A stretch of DNA of 64,000 nt. It comes from Tubiluchus corallicola (Eukaryota; Animalia; Priapulida). Positions within the stretch are counted from its first letter, which is position 1. Every line of letters starts with the position of its first letter. Of this stretch, positions 26,570 to 41,900 are shown piece by piece. The notes beneath the pieces were generated by a model. That model was not told the DNA's origin. It did no database searches and saw nothing but the letters and a program-made list of their open reading frames with translations. Location of the stretch: NCBI GenBank assembly GCA_030141605.1, contig JAQGDQ010002368.1, positions 682,001-746,000 of the forward strand, read 5' to 3'. A program made the position numbers and the translations under genes.

Positions 26570-28671
26570 AAGCTACTGTAACAATTTCAATTTAAATATT
26601 TGCTGAAGTATCTCAAATAAAGGACGTTGTTTTTCGTGTAAGAAAACAGACAGGTGACAGTGAACTGGCTGTTACACAATGGGAAGCTGTGAGCAGATGC
26701 ACAAAAATATAGTAGCCTACTTTGAAGATGGAAAGGTATACTACTGATGTCAGATAGTTATGACGTGTTCGGAACTTGGCTACTTACTAAGTATAATCTT
26801 TTGAAATGACACACTGAATCAGCAGAGATGTCTTAGCCGAGCTCAATATATCCTTCCTCAACGGGAAAAATAACCGCTGAAGCCGCCCATAAACAATTTA
26901 TATAACGATTACTCAGTAATGTACTAACCAAGCGCTTTATCGTGCAGCGGTGTCTTAACTAAGTTCGGATGTGTATACAACTTTTCTCATCAAGAGAGAG
27001 AGAACCGGAAGCAGCATGGCTGTTGAAGCCGCTGAGTAACAATTTGTGTGGCAGTCAATGATTTACTAGTCAGGCTTGGCATTACTTAAATATCGCATGC
27101 AGCCAAGCACACACAGCTCAGAGAGATTTTAGGATAGGATATACCCGCCCTCATCTAGAGAATTTCCCACTGAACCATTTTTCTGAAATATTAAACAACT
27201 GCCATTACCTCTCATTTTCCGAGATATTTTTACAGGCCACAGTGCAAATCATGCAATAATTATATGCCTGAAAAAGTAATGTCTTTAAATATCAGTATCC
27301 TATAGTTTTTCATAAGCCATTCAACAAGGTCTACAATGCACATTATATTAAACGAGAAGCCGCTGAATAGAATCGTCAGTAATTAGATATTTGAATCTAA
27401 AAGTTCTGATCTGATGACATCCCACTGAAACAGGTAAGCAATGTTGTAGTTAATAGCATGGCCTCTAATGAGCGATCTCGTGCATACTTCCCTCTAACAT
27501 ACTGTCATCGACTCGGCCTAACTACCCCTCGCGTGTGTACATAGAGACAACAAACTCACACAGGAGCATCAATCTTCGCAAATGTATGGCTGCCAAATCA
27601 ATAAAATGCTCGGATTGTTTTGTAACGATGGATGGCCGAACTGTTAAGACGTATAGTGGTGATGGAAGCCAAGAGTTTTCCATTTACCATCTGAACGATG
27701 GTGTTGTAGCAGGCTGAGAGGATTATTATTGATTAATTAAAATATCGACCGGCGAGACCAAAGACAGTGTACATAAGAATCGTTAAAGTCAACAGTAAAC
27801 TCAGCTCAGGATAAGCCAGGGATTCTTCGCAACTGGGTAAAGATAAAATTGGGAGTTAAACTGTTAGGCACTCTTTGAAGTCATGCAGTTAACTCTGATT
27901 TAGAAGATAAAACTATTGATTCGTTAATATTATTTTACAGATTTTTTATTAAGTATTGAAACTTAAGGAGCGCTTATAGTTTAAAATACACTGTAGCAAG
28001 ATGATGAGGAAAGTCTAATAAACGTGTAATGTTGTTTCCATTAGAATTTTGTTTAAATGGAAATTTGTCGAAAATCAGATATTTAGTAATATTTCCAGAT
28101 CGAGACAAAACTGCACCTCAAATACCTTGGCTATGATCAAATCTAGGTTCATATTTTCGTTTTACGACCCTTTATTTCATCTGTATGCTAATCATAATAA
28201 TGTGTTTTTAATGAACAAAATTACTAACTTGGTTAAAGTTTATGAAACGCTTGTGGGAAAAAAGAAAAATTCTCTTTTTGTCGCTAGGCGTTCTAATTCC
28301 TAATGATGTCGCGCAAGTTATGAATCAGTTTTCGTATCAATTAGGTTAAAGTAATCAAATGGCAATTTTTCATTTTTTGACAACCACAAACAATTCATTA
28401 CAGCCTAAGGGAATTATAGCGCACAGTCATTTTTCTATTTGTGATAAGCACAGTAGTCCCTGTAGCATTGATACAACAACACATATACGAGAACTGCACG
28501 GGGAGCTTACATTCATGTTGCTATTACCAATATGCATATTGCTATTACCATCTAGTTTACAACTGTTATGATTACAGCTTTATGCAAGTAGGCGTACATG
28601 TATTTAGCACGGTAATGCGATACTTAAACGAGCTATATTTTCTGGAGTATTTTTATTACTTAGTAGTAATA

Positions 28672-28848
<177 letters not shown>

Positions 28849-29812
28849 TAAATTCATGATGTAACATGTACATCAAGTAAACAATAGTTTACAACAGTAA
28901 ATAAAGTAAACACGGTGCACAGTGGTAGTTATTTCAACAACACATCAGTTTAACTGGGGGATTAAATTGATTTACATATTTTCCCAAGTAATAAGATGAA
29001 AAGAGATACTCACAAACCAAAAACCAAAGGTTGAAGAAATACCGACTGCAATTAGTATATAATTAGTTTGATTGTAATGAATGAAAAATAATTAGTGGTT
29101 ACATTCAATGATGTTATTCTATTTGCTGGACCTTTTCTACAAGACCACCCGTTTACTTACAAGACTTACACTTTGCAAATATTAAATGACAAAAATCTCA
29201 TACCATTTTCGCCGAGCACTGATACCAATTAATGTAATGAAAAACTGGGGGAGTCGTTGATATCACCAAAACATTAGGCCATGCATTATATGACGTCGTA
29301 GCGCAAGTAAGCTTCTCTGTGTATATTTCGTAGTCCCTGGCCGAGAACATTAAAGACAAGCGAAATTTCATTTAATTTTACGTAGTGCTTTTTTTAGTAA
29401 AGATAAAAGGAAAAAATTAAATGTTCTAATACCTAACTATAACAACAAAACGCATGCCTACAAAACAGACAAAATGGGTTCATTTAAATAGAAAACCGTG
29501 CTCAATGAGAAACGCACAAATTTACGGCATTCGTAGAGAACTAATTATTGTTGCATTGCATTACTGGTACTTATAACAGTTTCACTTGATATCGAATGTG
29601 ATTATTTAGGTAACATTAGGCGCAGATTAGTAATCCTTAAGCAGTTTGTTCGCGAATAATTTTGAGACTTGGACAGTTTATAATTTCGCTAGGTAACGAG
29701 TTCCAATAAACGTAAAATGTAATTCCCAAATGAAAATTAACACACACTGAGTCTAGAAAACTTAATATATAGCCATTGCCTCTAAAACTAAACCTATCGA
29801 ACAAAAGCAAAA

Positions 29813-30180
29813 ATGGTTAAACTTTATTCAACTAATGAGTTATAATGTTACATCAACTTCGTGATGTAAAATGGTTCTTCGTTCTTAAGTTTCATGTACA
29901 TCTTGTTTCATAATAATCTCCTTCTAAAATAACTATGGTTAAACTTTATTCAACTAATGAGTTATAATGTTACATCAACTTCGTGATGTAAAATGGTTCT
30001 TCGTTCTTAAGTTTCATGTACATCTTGTTTCATAATAATCTCCTTCTAAAATAACTATGGTTAAACTTTATTCAACTAATGAGTTATAATGTTACATCAA
30101 CTTCGTGATGTAAAAAGGTTCTTCGTTCTTAAGTTTCATGTACATCTTGTTTCATACTAATCTCCTTCTAAAATAACTAT
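29813..30180. repeat. 122-bp tandem triplication, near-identical
   Basis: ATGGTTAAACTTTATTC restarts at 29813, 29935 and 30057. Confidence 0.96.
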
Positions 30181-32888
30181 ACAGCTTTTCACACAAATTA
30201 AAGAAACCATTACGAACTCTACATTGGACTGCAGCATAATTTAGTAAGCACCAAATGCAAGGATTTTAAATTGCTTGTATCTAAGCGTCTGATTCTAACA
30301 ATTTACAATTAGATGCAACAATTTAGATGTACAATTTAGCATGTATGATTCAATATATTTCAACAACTTGTCCATTAAAATAGCTCGAGTATTTTCAAGT
30401 TCAAATAAATTATTACTTCAAAGTCACAACGTTCTTTTGTTACAGGTAATTGAACAATAAGCATTTTGCTGACCTCACTTAAATGAACTTCGATCAATCT
30501 AAGCCAACCAAAGTCAAGACCAGTATTGGGTAATGGTCAATTTCTAGCGAAGCTACCTTTCATATATTTCAATATTACGACACGAAACTGCTGCTATCTC
30601 CTCTGTCCCATTCCATCTCTCTTTATGTTGCACTTATTCTGTTTCTTTTTCTCGCTACCTATTCCTCTCTGTCTTTTTCTCTTCCCATTCTTTTTCTCTC
30701 TCTGCCTCTCTCTCGCTCTATCTGTCTCTGTCTCTCGCTCTCTCTCTCTTTCTCTCTCACTTGCGTGCATCTTTTGGATAAGTAGTGACATAACGATAAC
30801 TGAATAAAGTTTTTGTTTATTAAATTCGTGAAAGCATATCATTAATTTTGCAGTCGATCTTCCAAGGAAATATTGTTTCTTGTTTGACATGCTCCATAAG
30901 CTTCAACGATATTGAATGTCAGTGTTACAGTAGCAGTAATTAGTGTAAATATACGGCTTCAGTTTATCATTACTGTCTACCGGTAATGTTACCAGATGTT
31001 TAGCAGACCGTTTCCGTAATAATGATGCTTGATATCAACACATTATTTTTAAATTAGAACCAAAGGTGTAACGTAGACTCATACAGCAGCACTTGAGTGA
31101 TTATTTACAGTGATGAGTTATTGATTAATTAGACAGTACTTTTCTGCCTGCTAATGAAATGAAACTCATTATTAATTGCTGTTATATTATATACGCAAAC
31201 GAGATTTAATTTTTGTAAGATCTGCAATTAAATATTTCTAATAAAATAACAGCATAAAAGTCTGCACTTATCTACAGACTACACTAGGTTTACATTTTGC
31301 ATTATCGCGCATCTCTTCTACATGCCGTAATTAAGATAATAATCAAGTATTATAGAGTTGCTCGAAATGAAAAGTATCATTTGCAGAACACTGATTTCAG
31401 TAACAAATCAACATGTGTGTACTACCCGAATTATAAAATAAACAATTGTTTATTTAAAATTTCTTGTACATGTGTGTACAGCACAAAACTAACAACTGAG
31501 TAAACGAAGCAACTTAAAGTACATCAACAGCGTAAAGTGACTCTACAAATACTAAATAAATATAGGTAAGAACTCCATAAAGCAGTACTTGGGAAAAATT
31601 AAGCAAAGATAATATAAAGAAACTCCTACACTACAAGCACATAATGTTCAAGATTTATTGATCAAGTCTGTCTATAATGCCATCATAATTTCTCAAGCAT
31701 TCATATTATACACTAACAACGCTCGTTTAATGTGCCGTTAAATCGTGATTACGCGACAGGTTAGAAAAATGCAGCACATTTTCACTTTAAAATCTCAGAA
31801 GTAATAACGAAAGGATGCAAGAAGAGACAACAAAAGAGAAGTGACATTACAGCAAGCCTATATTTAGCACATCAATTAATAAACGCCCTAAACAATAAAC
31901 CCGTAAACCTGTTTTTCAAACGGCGGCGCAAGCGACATCAAAAGCGTGCACAAATAATTGAATGTTTTATCCATGCAAGCTTGATATGACAGGTTAATAA
32001 TTGCAACAAGGATTTAATAATGGAGTAACCCGACTAGACTATCATAGGTAGAGGACTACAGACTTCGCTACAAACACTAAATTTTAATTAATTTGCTGAA
32101 GACTTGGCATGATTTTTTGTAACTGCAGTAATAAAATTAAAATTTTTTACCTAGCTGTTTGCAATAAAATCAAATTTTCGGCCTATACAAACTTGGCAAA
32201 ATTATGTAAAGTAAAATATCATATACAGTATTTAATTTTCTCAATAATTTTTTGCAAATAATTTTCTCTGTCTAACGAGTTAAAAGAACTAGAAAATAAA
32301 GATTGTTGCGAATCAAACTGCATAAGACGCAATTAGCTTCAAACTGCATATAAGGCTTTTAAGACTGAATCAACTCACTAACAAGATGTAAGAAGCTTAC
32401 TATTTCCGTAAGCACTTTGCTATTTTCAAAATTCTACTAACTGCAGCTTACAATCGAAAACTTCTCTTGAAAACGTCGCTCATAAAGAAATTTGACAATC
32501 CCGTTTTTCTTCACAACGTTTAAGATTCGTGTAAAATTTTGCGCAAATTCACCAGTGCTTTGACGATGATCGCTATTTTAGTTCAAACAAATCACAGTCC
32601 ATAGAAAATCTATTGGAAACAAAAACAGATTTAAACGCCTTCGCGCTCCAAGTTTAGAAAAAGGAGGGTTTCAGAGAGAAAACTGATAAGTATAATTGTT
32701 TTCCCGTGCTGATAAACAAAAATGGATCAAATACAGACCATATGTATCACATGAAAGTATTAATAAAGCTTATAGTTACTCGTTGAAACGTTTATTTGAT
32801 AGTAGTAAGTACATCAAAACGCAATTTGTAATTTTCATTTTTCAATTAAACTTTCAAACCGTGTCGTTGTGAGGCACAACCTTGGTTG

Positions 32889-32990
32889 CTAAGCGGCTTT
32901 CTTTGCCCGAAAGAGCAAGATTAAATAACCGATCAGTCTATATAGAACCATCAGAGCAAGCAACAATCCTATGTCTTTAGCAAAATTATC
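32889..32990 (-). CDS. ABCG A exon 19 (last TM, stop)
   Basis: [33 protein letters not shown]. Confidence 0.88.
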   Translation of the reverse strand, partial: DNFAKDIGLLLALMVLYRLIGYLILLFRAKKAA

Positions 32991-35900
32991 CTGTAAATTG
33001 TAAAGAAATGAAAAATTACTTGTTCACATTATTTAAATTAATTGTACAAGTACTAGTATATGAATACAAATGAATTCGAATACATATGAATACATAGCTT
33101 TTTATTAAACTAAAATATTATTGTCATTATTGTCATTGAATCAAACATTACGTCGAGAATGGCGCCACATGCCAGTTATTAACTGATACATGTGTAGTAA
33201 CCCTCAACAAGTGATAGGCCTAAGAGCCTTTGTGATTCTGGTTTACGGACAGTTCAGTTTCTTGTATAATATATCTATTACATGAACTTGGATCTAGATT
33301 CAAAAATGTGAAATCAGAACTTTGGAAGACGTCGGTTCTGTAAATTTTTTGACGTTTGACATTTGACATTATTTCCACTATATCTCGGCTGTATGAGGAA
33401 AAGAGTGCCCTTGATGATCTTGTTAAAGTACATATGCCTATGTTAAACAGATGCAATATAAGACAGCCATAAATATTTGCCTGTCATCGTTACCATTATA
33501 TTTCCATTATACATTTTTTCACCTAAATTTGATATAAATAGTACCAGTATTATTTTACAGAGTTGAAATTTACCTGGTCATAGCCAAAAAATTGGAGAAC
33601 TTGCTTCCCGTCGCGTATACAAGTTGTATCATTGCGAAGACAAGCTGAAACAATTTAGCAAGTTTTGAATTTATAATTAAGTTTTTGAGAAACAGCAGAA
33701 TTAATAAACGACTCATTTAGTGTGTAACAGCATGTTATACAAAAACCAAACTTACCAATTTCTTTTATATCCTTCCACTGGTTGATGTTCAAAGCTTCAT
33801 TGCCATGTTTGATTATGCTAAAGTACTCTATCCATTTAAAGTATACAGGGATTGATCTATATAGAAAAAATAAAGATACAGCGTTTCAACCACTGCGGGA
33901 CAAATAAAAGTTCATATGTCTCAATTACAACTTCATGGGTTAACAGATGTCAATTCATCTACAGTGTATCTCTATAGAATATTATCTATAAATGGTTGCT
34001 GCGGACTGTCAGCAAGTTTGACAATCTCAGGCACTAATCGCCTGTAGTTACAAATCTGATACAAAAATTGAGACAACGGTTAAATTTGCAGAGGCAAGGT
34101 CGATTTAAAACGAACTACAGGCGTCTTCTGCCTATCTATGCAGATCATTCTTAGTTTACTCAAAGTGAGCTTATTTACTTTTGGCATGGTTCTGTGTATA
34201 TTAGCATAACTACCCGGCAAGCAGCAGATCTTGGGTTCAACTCCCACTGAAGAGCTCCCACTTGTAAAACAAGCCCAGAAACTAATAATACTGATTCAGC
34301 ACTACATTAAGGTACGTTTGGTAAGTAAGGAATCTAATCCACGTTTAGTTCTTTTTTCAAAAATTATGTTCTCCAAACAATCCAACCAGTGTTACAATAA
34401 ACATTTAACAAGTAACATACAAGCTAGACTATGCTACCAATAATCTAAAAACACTGTGATTCGAAAGTGATTGTAATTAAATTTATAAAGATATAAATTT
34501 ATTATAAGTTATATCTGTATAAATTTATAAGAATATAAACTTACTCTAAATTTAAATTAAAACCTCCGACCACAAACAGTAACAGCATGACGGGAGAACC
34601 AGCAGCCATGACAACTTCGTAGTTTGATGAGCAACAAGACAACATGTAACCTAATGAAAGTACATATTTTGTATTTATTCTAGTAAAATATTAAGTATTG
34701 AAGTATGAAGCCTCTCAGCCCGAAATATCCACAGATCGGCGCTGAAGTCTGTCAGCTAACCCTTAACCTCTTTCAGTGTCTGTAGTCTTTCACATGTGGC
34801 AACGAAACTGCCACCCACAAGGCAACTTGCACCTTTTTACTACATGTGTTGCAATAGATGAACTTGATGAGACCATAAAATGCTGCTAATCAAATAAATA
34901 TGATCAGGAAAGATATAGATATAAAAACCAATAAAGAAAAACGACAGGAGCGAACATTTGATTCGATTTGATTTAACCCTACATTTCAAACATAAGGTCA
35001 TGATGCAAAATATTCACTAGACGATGAAATTGTCAAACAAAACACTAATGATGAATGAAAAACGCACATAAACATAGATTTCTAGATATGTACAAAGATC
35101 AAAATTTTAACTAAATATCTTTAGTTAACTAAACTAAACTATAGAAAAAATAGTCTCAATATTCGTGGGTAAAGAATCTTGCCCCAAATTATTAATGATG
35201 GGATTGAATCTTCTATCATTATACAACTTTACCGCCTTTTACAAAAACGTTTTTACTGTTCTGGATTCTAATCTACAACGTATACGTCATGTATCAAAAT
35301 AAGATTAGCCTATGGCTGATAGTTATTGCATTCGATACTTGCGAATATCTCGTCTGTAGCATTTTACTTTTAAAGATTGTAATTGTAAGAACGTCGCCAG
35401 AGTTAACTTACTTATTGCTACAGCGGCATCCGACGTCAAAATTATTACTCCTACGCAGGTGAAGAAATGAAAGGCAGAAGAATACAAACCTGAAAGATAT
35501 ATTACAAATGATTTTATAGTAGTAGAAATAATCTTTATTAACACAGTAAATAAATCATTGCGGGTGAATTTTACAAAAAAACTCTAAAACAAACAGAGGT
35601 ACGTTTATGACAATGTGTCTAATAAATAACAAATTTTCAACTTGTCGATACACGTTTAAAGCCATATATGCAATAATCAAAAAAGTTTTTTGAAATTAGT
35701 AATGTCCATATGATTATCTTTTTTCCTCATTTCCTTTGTTTTAGAGCACTTCCACACAAAGTGGTTCAGTTTTGTACACTCTTACAGGTACACAACCTTT
35801 GATTACGTGGGATTCTTGACCAGCGGCTAATTTCTATTGTCACCGTATGAACAAACCCTGTACGTTGATACTCTCCTGGCGCTCGTCCATCAGAATGTAC

Positions 35901-38900
35901 CTCTTATGAACAATGGCAGTTTAATTCAAGACGAAGTTCCAAGTTTTGCCTGGCTGACTCTTTGAGCTTAACAATGCCTAGTTACATCAGTTAAACACTG
36001 TCACTACAATAATCAGCTAAACAGAACTTAAAAAAGTAGATGGACACTCACCAATCATAAAATAGTCTATGACAACATAAATTAATGGCACGGTAGCAAA
36101 AAATGGCAGCTGAAAGAAAGAAAAAACTCAAATAACAAAACAAGTTTTAACTTATGCAAGTCTCCCGTTTGAATTGCAGACCAGTTCCCATGGCAGCGTG
36201 AAATACAAAAAACCTATATTTTTTACTGTGGATTTTATGGGAAACCACTGGTCATCAGCTTAAAAAGGAGGCTTGCAAATGTTAATCAATTGGTCAATTA
36301 ACATTACATATTTTTCTTTTATTTATTTCACATAAACAGCTCATATATAAACAGCTAACAATCGAATGAATTACACAAATCAATAAAATAAAATAAAAGA
36401 GAAGGAATGGCAAAATAATTACTGGCCTAAATGTATTCGGCCAGGTTGGGGAATAGGTTCTCGCACAGAGCGGACGTGTGTACAAGTCGTCTCGTGTTGC
36501 TAATAAGGCTATACTTGGCAGGCAATTAGTGTTATATACCTGTACAGCTATATAGGCTACAGTATGCAGAAACTTTAAATTATTTTCACTACTTTTAACT
36601 TTAAATTATTTACAACAGTGAGTGGTATTTTTGTGAGTACTTAAAGTAATGTCTGGGGCAACAAGAAAATATTGTCAAACGTGCACACAACGAAGACCAA
36701 ATTTGAAAATATGAGAGAACGTTTGGTGCATTGAAATATGTGACACTAAAGCCAAAAATCAAAGAAGCCAGAGCAGCAATACGTGTTCTAAATTTAGTGA
36801 AGGTAAAACGTTTTGTATAGAAGATTTAGCGTTGTTAGAAATCAAAGGGCAGTCAAAGTGTTTAGGCGTTTGTATATCTGTAAGGTATTTACAGTAATTA
36901 CTGTCGGCTAGACCAATTGTACATAAGAAGGAGTTATAACCTCTGCCAAGTAAAAGGTTGAGCGCAAGGGATTCTAAGCTTCTGCCATATCTACCAGTTG
37001 GTAGACCAGGGCTGTGAGAGAAGACATAGCATTTTCTGTATTCCTTCCGTTAAAAAAAGCCTCTGAATCGTATTATGCGGTTCCAGACGGCCATTTATCG
37101 AGATCTGCCCTGAGTGGATTAGCACTTTCAGCATTACGTTCGTTCAACCACATAGCTTACGTTTTCGTTTCTTGCTATACCAATGTTTTTTATAGTCCTC
37201 AGAAAAAATTTAGTTGCTGTTAAGTTACTTGTCAAAAAGTGCTTATGAAAAACACTGTTATTTAGTTCCCGCTCCATTGATAAGATATTGTCTTTAACCA
37301 AGTCTTCACCTGATCGGGACAGTGACTTTAAAATGAATCTGCAAACATTGGCTGAGAACAAAATATCCAAAGGGGGAATGCCACACATACGCTCAACCAA
37401 ATCTTTGGCAGGATTTTAACCGACACCCACTGCAGTTTTCAGATATGTGGGTGGCAACAGTGGTTATCCAAGCTTTTGTTTTCTGCCCTAATGCCTTTTT
37501 GTTAGTTCGTTCATCGTGAAGTCGCTATTGTATTAGCTGCTGTCATTATCAATGTACTGAAAGTTTTTCATGTTCTCTTCAATTTCCTGAAACCAACGAG
37601 TATCATAGCCTGCTGCCTTTATATGTTTCCCCAGTAAAGAAAGTGCGAAATAAAACGTCACATTTTTCTTCATCACCGGCATAGTAATTTCCGTTTACTT
37701 TTAAAATATCAATGTTTTGTTGGGCCTGTTTAGTAAATACACTGTGATATGTCTTCCAGAAATCTTTACCTTTTTCCACGTTTAGATTAGACGCATTGCG
37801 GATGTATTTGTCTCGTGTTGTATATTGCTATCAAAGAGATAATGTATTCAACCTTGTTCTCGTAGTGAGAAAGACGTAAATATTTCTTGCGCGCCGCCCT
37901 GGGGTTTTTAGACAGACCTAATAATGCTGAATTCCAAAACGGCTTACTGTATTTTGATATCCGTTTGTTAATTAACGATCTTGCGTTTGCTTCTATAACA
38001 GTATTTAAAAAAGCTGCCTGACCTTGTCCGCATTATCTGCGTTTAAAAGTGTAATAAATTCCGGAAACTTTGCTCTTATATTATGCTCTAAAGCACTAGA
38101 CTACTGTACCCAATTACCATTTTTCAAGTCGTTTACTGTGCGGGTATAAGCACTATTAGTGTTGCACCAATCAAACATACTAAAATGGGATAATGACCCA
38201 TTAGTGGGGCACTAGTAAACAATTCTGTTTTTTTTTGTCCACATACTGCCTCATCAAATGGGCAGTAAACCCAGTTGAACATAAAATGAGATCTATAACA
38301 CTGTTGCGAGACACATATTGGAAAGTTGGCTCACTAAAATGCTTGATGTAAAATACGCCCGTGCTCATTTGAGTCTTTGTCCCAAAGAAAATTTCGAGCG
38401 TTAACATCACCAACAGCTAATACACCGCACAAACTTTGCTGATCTGCAAAATCGAGTGCTTTTTGAAAGTTCAAAGTAAACGCTTTCATCAAGCATGATT
38501 GGCTTGGTTTGCTGTACAATGAGCTGACTAAAAACTTTTTACTTCCAAAATGTAGGAGAACCCAAATCACATCCAGTTCTCGTGATTCCAGTTCAAAGAC
38601 TCTGCAAGCAGTTATACTATGTCTGACGAGAACAGCAGCTCCTCCTGAGTTTCCTTGAGACGGTTTAACGTATGAATTGTGATTTTTTAAAGAAGTTTTC
38701 TTATTCGCCCTTTATTTTATTTCTTGTAAGGCAATGATGTCGAATTTGCGCAAGTTAGCATAATTGTCTAAGGCGCATTGTGACCTGTCTGAAAAACAAT
38801 TTATGTTTACTTGACAATATGACTTAGATAATTATGCGAATTATTAACCATTGTTAGGGTTTAATCGGTTTATCTCATCTATATAAGCTGGACATTTCTT

Positions 38901-41900
38901 GTTCCACGTTGCGTGTTGGTCACCACAATCAGACAATTACATGAGCTTGTCTCGTGTTTAGAAGAGCACCTGCCACATTTTGCTGGTTCTTTGCACCGTT
39001 TGGCGATGTGACCAAATTCTTGGCATTTGTAACACCGCAATGGATTGCGTTTTTGTACAAACGTTTCTACACCGCAGATCATCTGACCAATCGCTATCCT
39101 GTTAGTGGAACCACATTCGCAACCTCCTTATAACAAATCCTTGCTTTGAGGTTATTAATCTATAGTGCCAAGAAAGCTAATAGAAAACTGTATAACTTTT
39201 TGTTGACTTTCAAAAAGCGTATGGACAACGTTAAAAGAGGTGTTCTAATTAAAGTACTAAAACAATACGGTTTGTTGCAAAACGATGTTGAAAGCAAATC
39301 GTGCGTATGTAACTCAGGGTATTTTAGGAAACAAAACTTTTTGTTCAAATTGTGCCGTGAAACAGGGTTCACCCAGCTCATGTACCCTTTGTATTTACGC
39401 AAATCCACTAGTGCGCACGTTAAAAGCTCTAGGGCAAGATGGTTGGTAGCTCACTATATTTATTTGCGGTCTGTGATTACAGCTGATGCTAAGATGAGCT
39501 CTGTAGTTGCAAATCGCTTAGAGGTCAAGCAATCCCATGTACTTAAGTTTCGCACATTCACAGATAAAAATAAAGATTACCCTTTTTGGGTCAAGAAAAA
39601 AGTTTTAGATTCTGCCCTACTAGCAGGTGTTTTTACAGCAGTGAAACCGGGAATTACGAAAATATATCAGCTCAGTCACAAACCATTAATGCAATGTTTC
39701 CACATCGCAAGAAATGTTAACTCAAACCTAGCAAAGTATCTTGCCAATTAACCAGCCGGCTGTCACATAGATTATTTTATCTAGTGATCCCGAAAAATTG
39801 ATAGATACAACTAGAGCTAGTGCCTCATCAAAGAGGATGACGTATAAACAATTAAATCCCACCCTAAAGCCACCTATGATTCCATGCAATATTGTCGAAA
39901 AATTTTATAATGTAAATTTATTTTTATTATTAACGTTGTTAAAATATTGCGTTTATATAGATCATGTATGTGGAATATTACTTCACATGCATGGTTCTTT
40001 AGTGTAGGGAAAACGCATGCGGTTTGCTTGCGAGCGCATGATGTTCAACCCTGTGCGAAACTATACTAACGTTTTTTACGGCTTTCAATTCTTTAGCATA
40101 GCGGATACGCCGTTGGTTTAGGTACAGACACAGGCATACGCAGTAAACAAATCGGAATCACTATCACTTGGAGAAGGAGAGGAACCGTGGCTTTATGAAC
40201 AAGACACATTTAAATAAAACATCTTTTTGCAGAATATCATATACGCACTGTTTTCTGTTTTGATGAAAAATACTTTCTAATACATTCATTTCTATTAAGC
40301 TACTTTTGGTATTCATTAGTGCCACAAACTGCGATGAATTTCTCGTTACTTCCCAACTGACTAGATTAACTTTTTTAACAAACTGCTTTGGCTCTATGCT
40401 TTAAGTTTTACAGTTACTATCGAATCTGTTTTTTCGGAATTAGTTATTAAAGTTACAATCATTTAAATCTATCCTTTTTTCTCATCCGATTCTTTTCATA
40501 TATATATAAACAGCGAACTGCATGTCTACCATCAACAATTCATTTTCATCTTCAACTTTGCATCATTTTTTCAATTTTAGCAAGTGCATGTACATGTAGA
40601 AGACAGAAATGAGCAATGTCGAGCTAAGGAATTCAATGATGTACGTTATACTGTATACTTCTAGCGGCCAAGTGCAATTACTTTGGCACAAGACCGTTCG
40701 AGCGGGCAAGAACAGACGCCAGGCAAGGTAAAATTTTACTCATGCCTAATTAAATTTTGATAGGCCTACAACGACGTGTTATCAGTTTAACATAATCACG
40801 TAACAGTTGTTTGGTAATTTCGTTAACAAAGCGAATGTCAGAACGCATACCTGTGCAAACATTTTGCTAAGATAATACGTGTCAAGCCTATAGTCACCAT
40901 TAAAGTGTTCTCTCATAATTATTAGACTCTCCTCGCAAAATACCTGAAAAATAGGTCAATTTTATGACGGCATCTTAGCAAAAAAGGTCCAAGTTAACCA
41001 AGTCATAAGGTGTAATGTTAAAGTGGTAATAGTGTTTTTATCATACAGTCTGATTTTAAAGTTGTAATATTTCGTATACCAAAGTTAAGGAACGCTGCTT
41101 CTGGCGGTTTTTGATTAAGACGTCCCTGAAATTCACTCTTTCATCTCAGATGAATTATCCTTAGTATACGCAACGTTGCTTTCCTGCCATAAGTAGTGTC
41201 AAAACAAGTATGCCCTATTAGCAAGTGCTCGCAGCGTACCTTACTATATAAACATAAACAAACTTGCAAATATGATACAAGTTATATTGTTAAAGCTAAC
41301 GCAAGGCCTATACGCAACTATTTCGTTAAAGTAAAATATTTTCTATGAAACTGTGAAACAGCAAACATCTACTTGCCAGGAGAATTGAAAACATGTTCTG
41401 CATTAGAGTCATCATGACCAAGAGAAGTACAAAACCGGAAATGTTTTGAATGGCTTCCTGATTTAATTTCTGTTGCAAGTACATCATTCCAACCATCACC
41501 GCATTTACCTGAAAAATTTGTGTTAAAACCGTTTTCATAAATAAATATTGTCTATAATTTATTAATATATCTAAACGAGAGTATACACTAGACCTGAGCT
41601 ACTAAACGTACCTCTTATGAAATTTATTATGTTTCCTTTACAAGTTTAATTTGTCATATCTCAATTATCTGCAAAATTTTGTTTTTTGTTTGCTTATAAT
41701 GGATAAAGCTCAGTAATAAACTCTACGACTACAACAAATAACCGAAATCAGTTCTGACACAGCAAAGTGGCGTCATCTGTAGAAAGTTTAGGTGAAATAA
41801 TCGGTCCTGAAAATAATTATAAGTCTGGTTGCATTCCTTGTTTAGACACTATATGAGCTTAGTTTAGCTTTTCGTAGTAATCCTACACTTTTGATTTGAT

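Noticed and set aside
27410-27445. CTGATGA...GAAAC hammerhead-like core (also CTGATGAG at 61621)
   Set aside because: No credible stem II or flanking stems I and III.
33220-33480. In-frame alternative last exon for ABCG A (87 codons after an AG at 33481)
   Set aside because: The acceptor has no pyrimidine tract and the peptide lacks similarity to TM6; the true last exon at 32990-32889 matches the paralogue.
34183-34250. tRNA-like sequence with B-box GGGTTCAACTCCC
   Set aside because: No acceptor stem or D-arm pairing; at most a decayed tRNA-SINE head.
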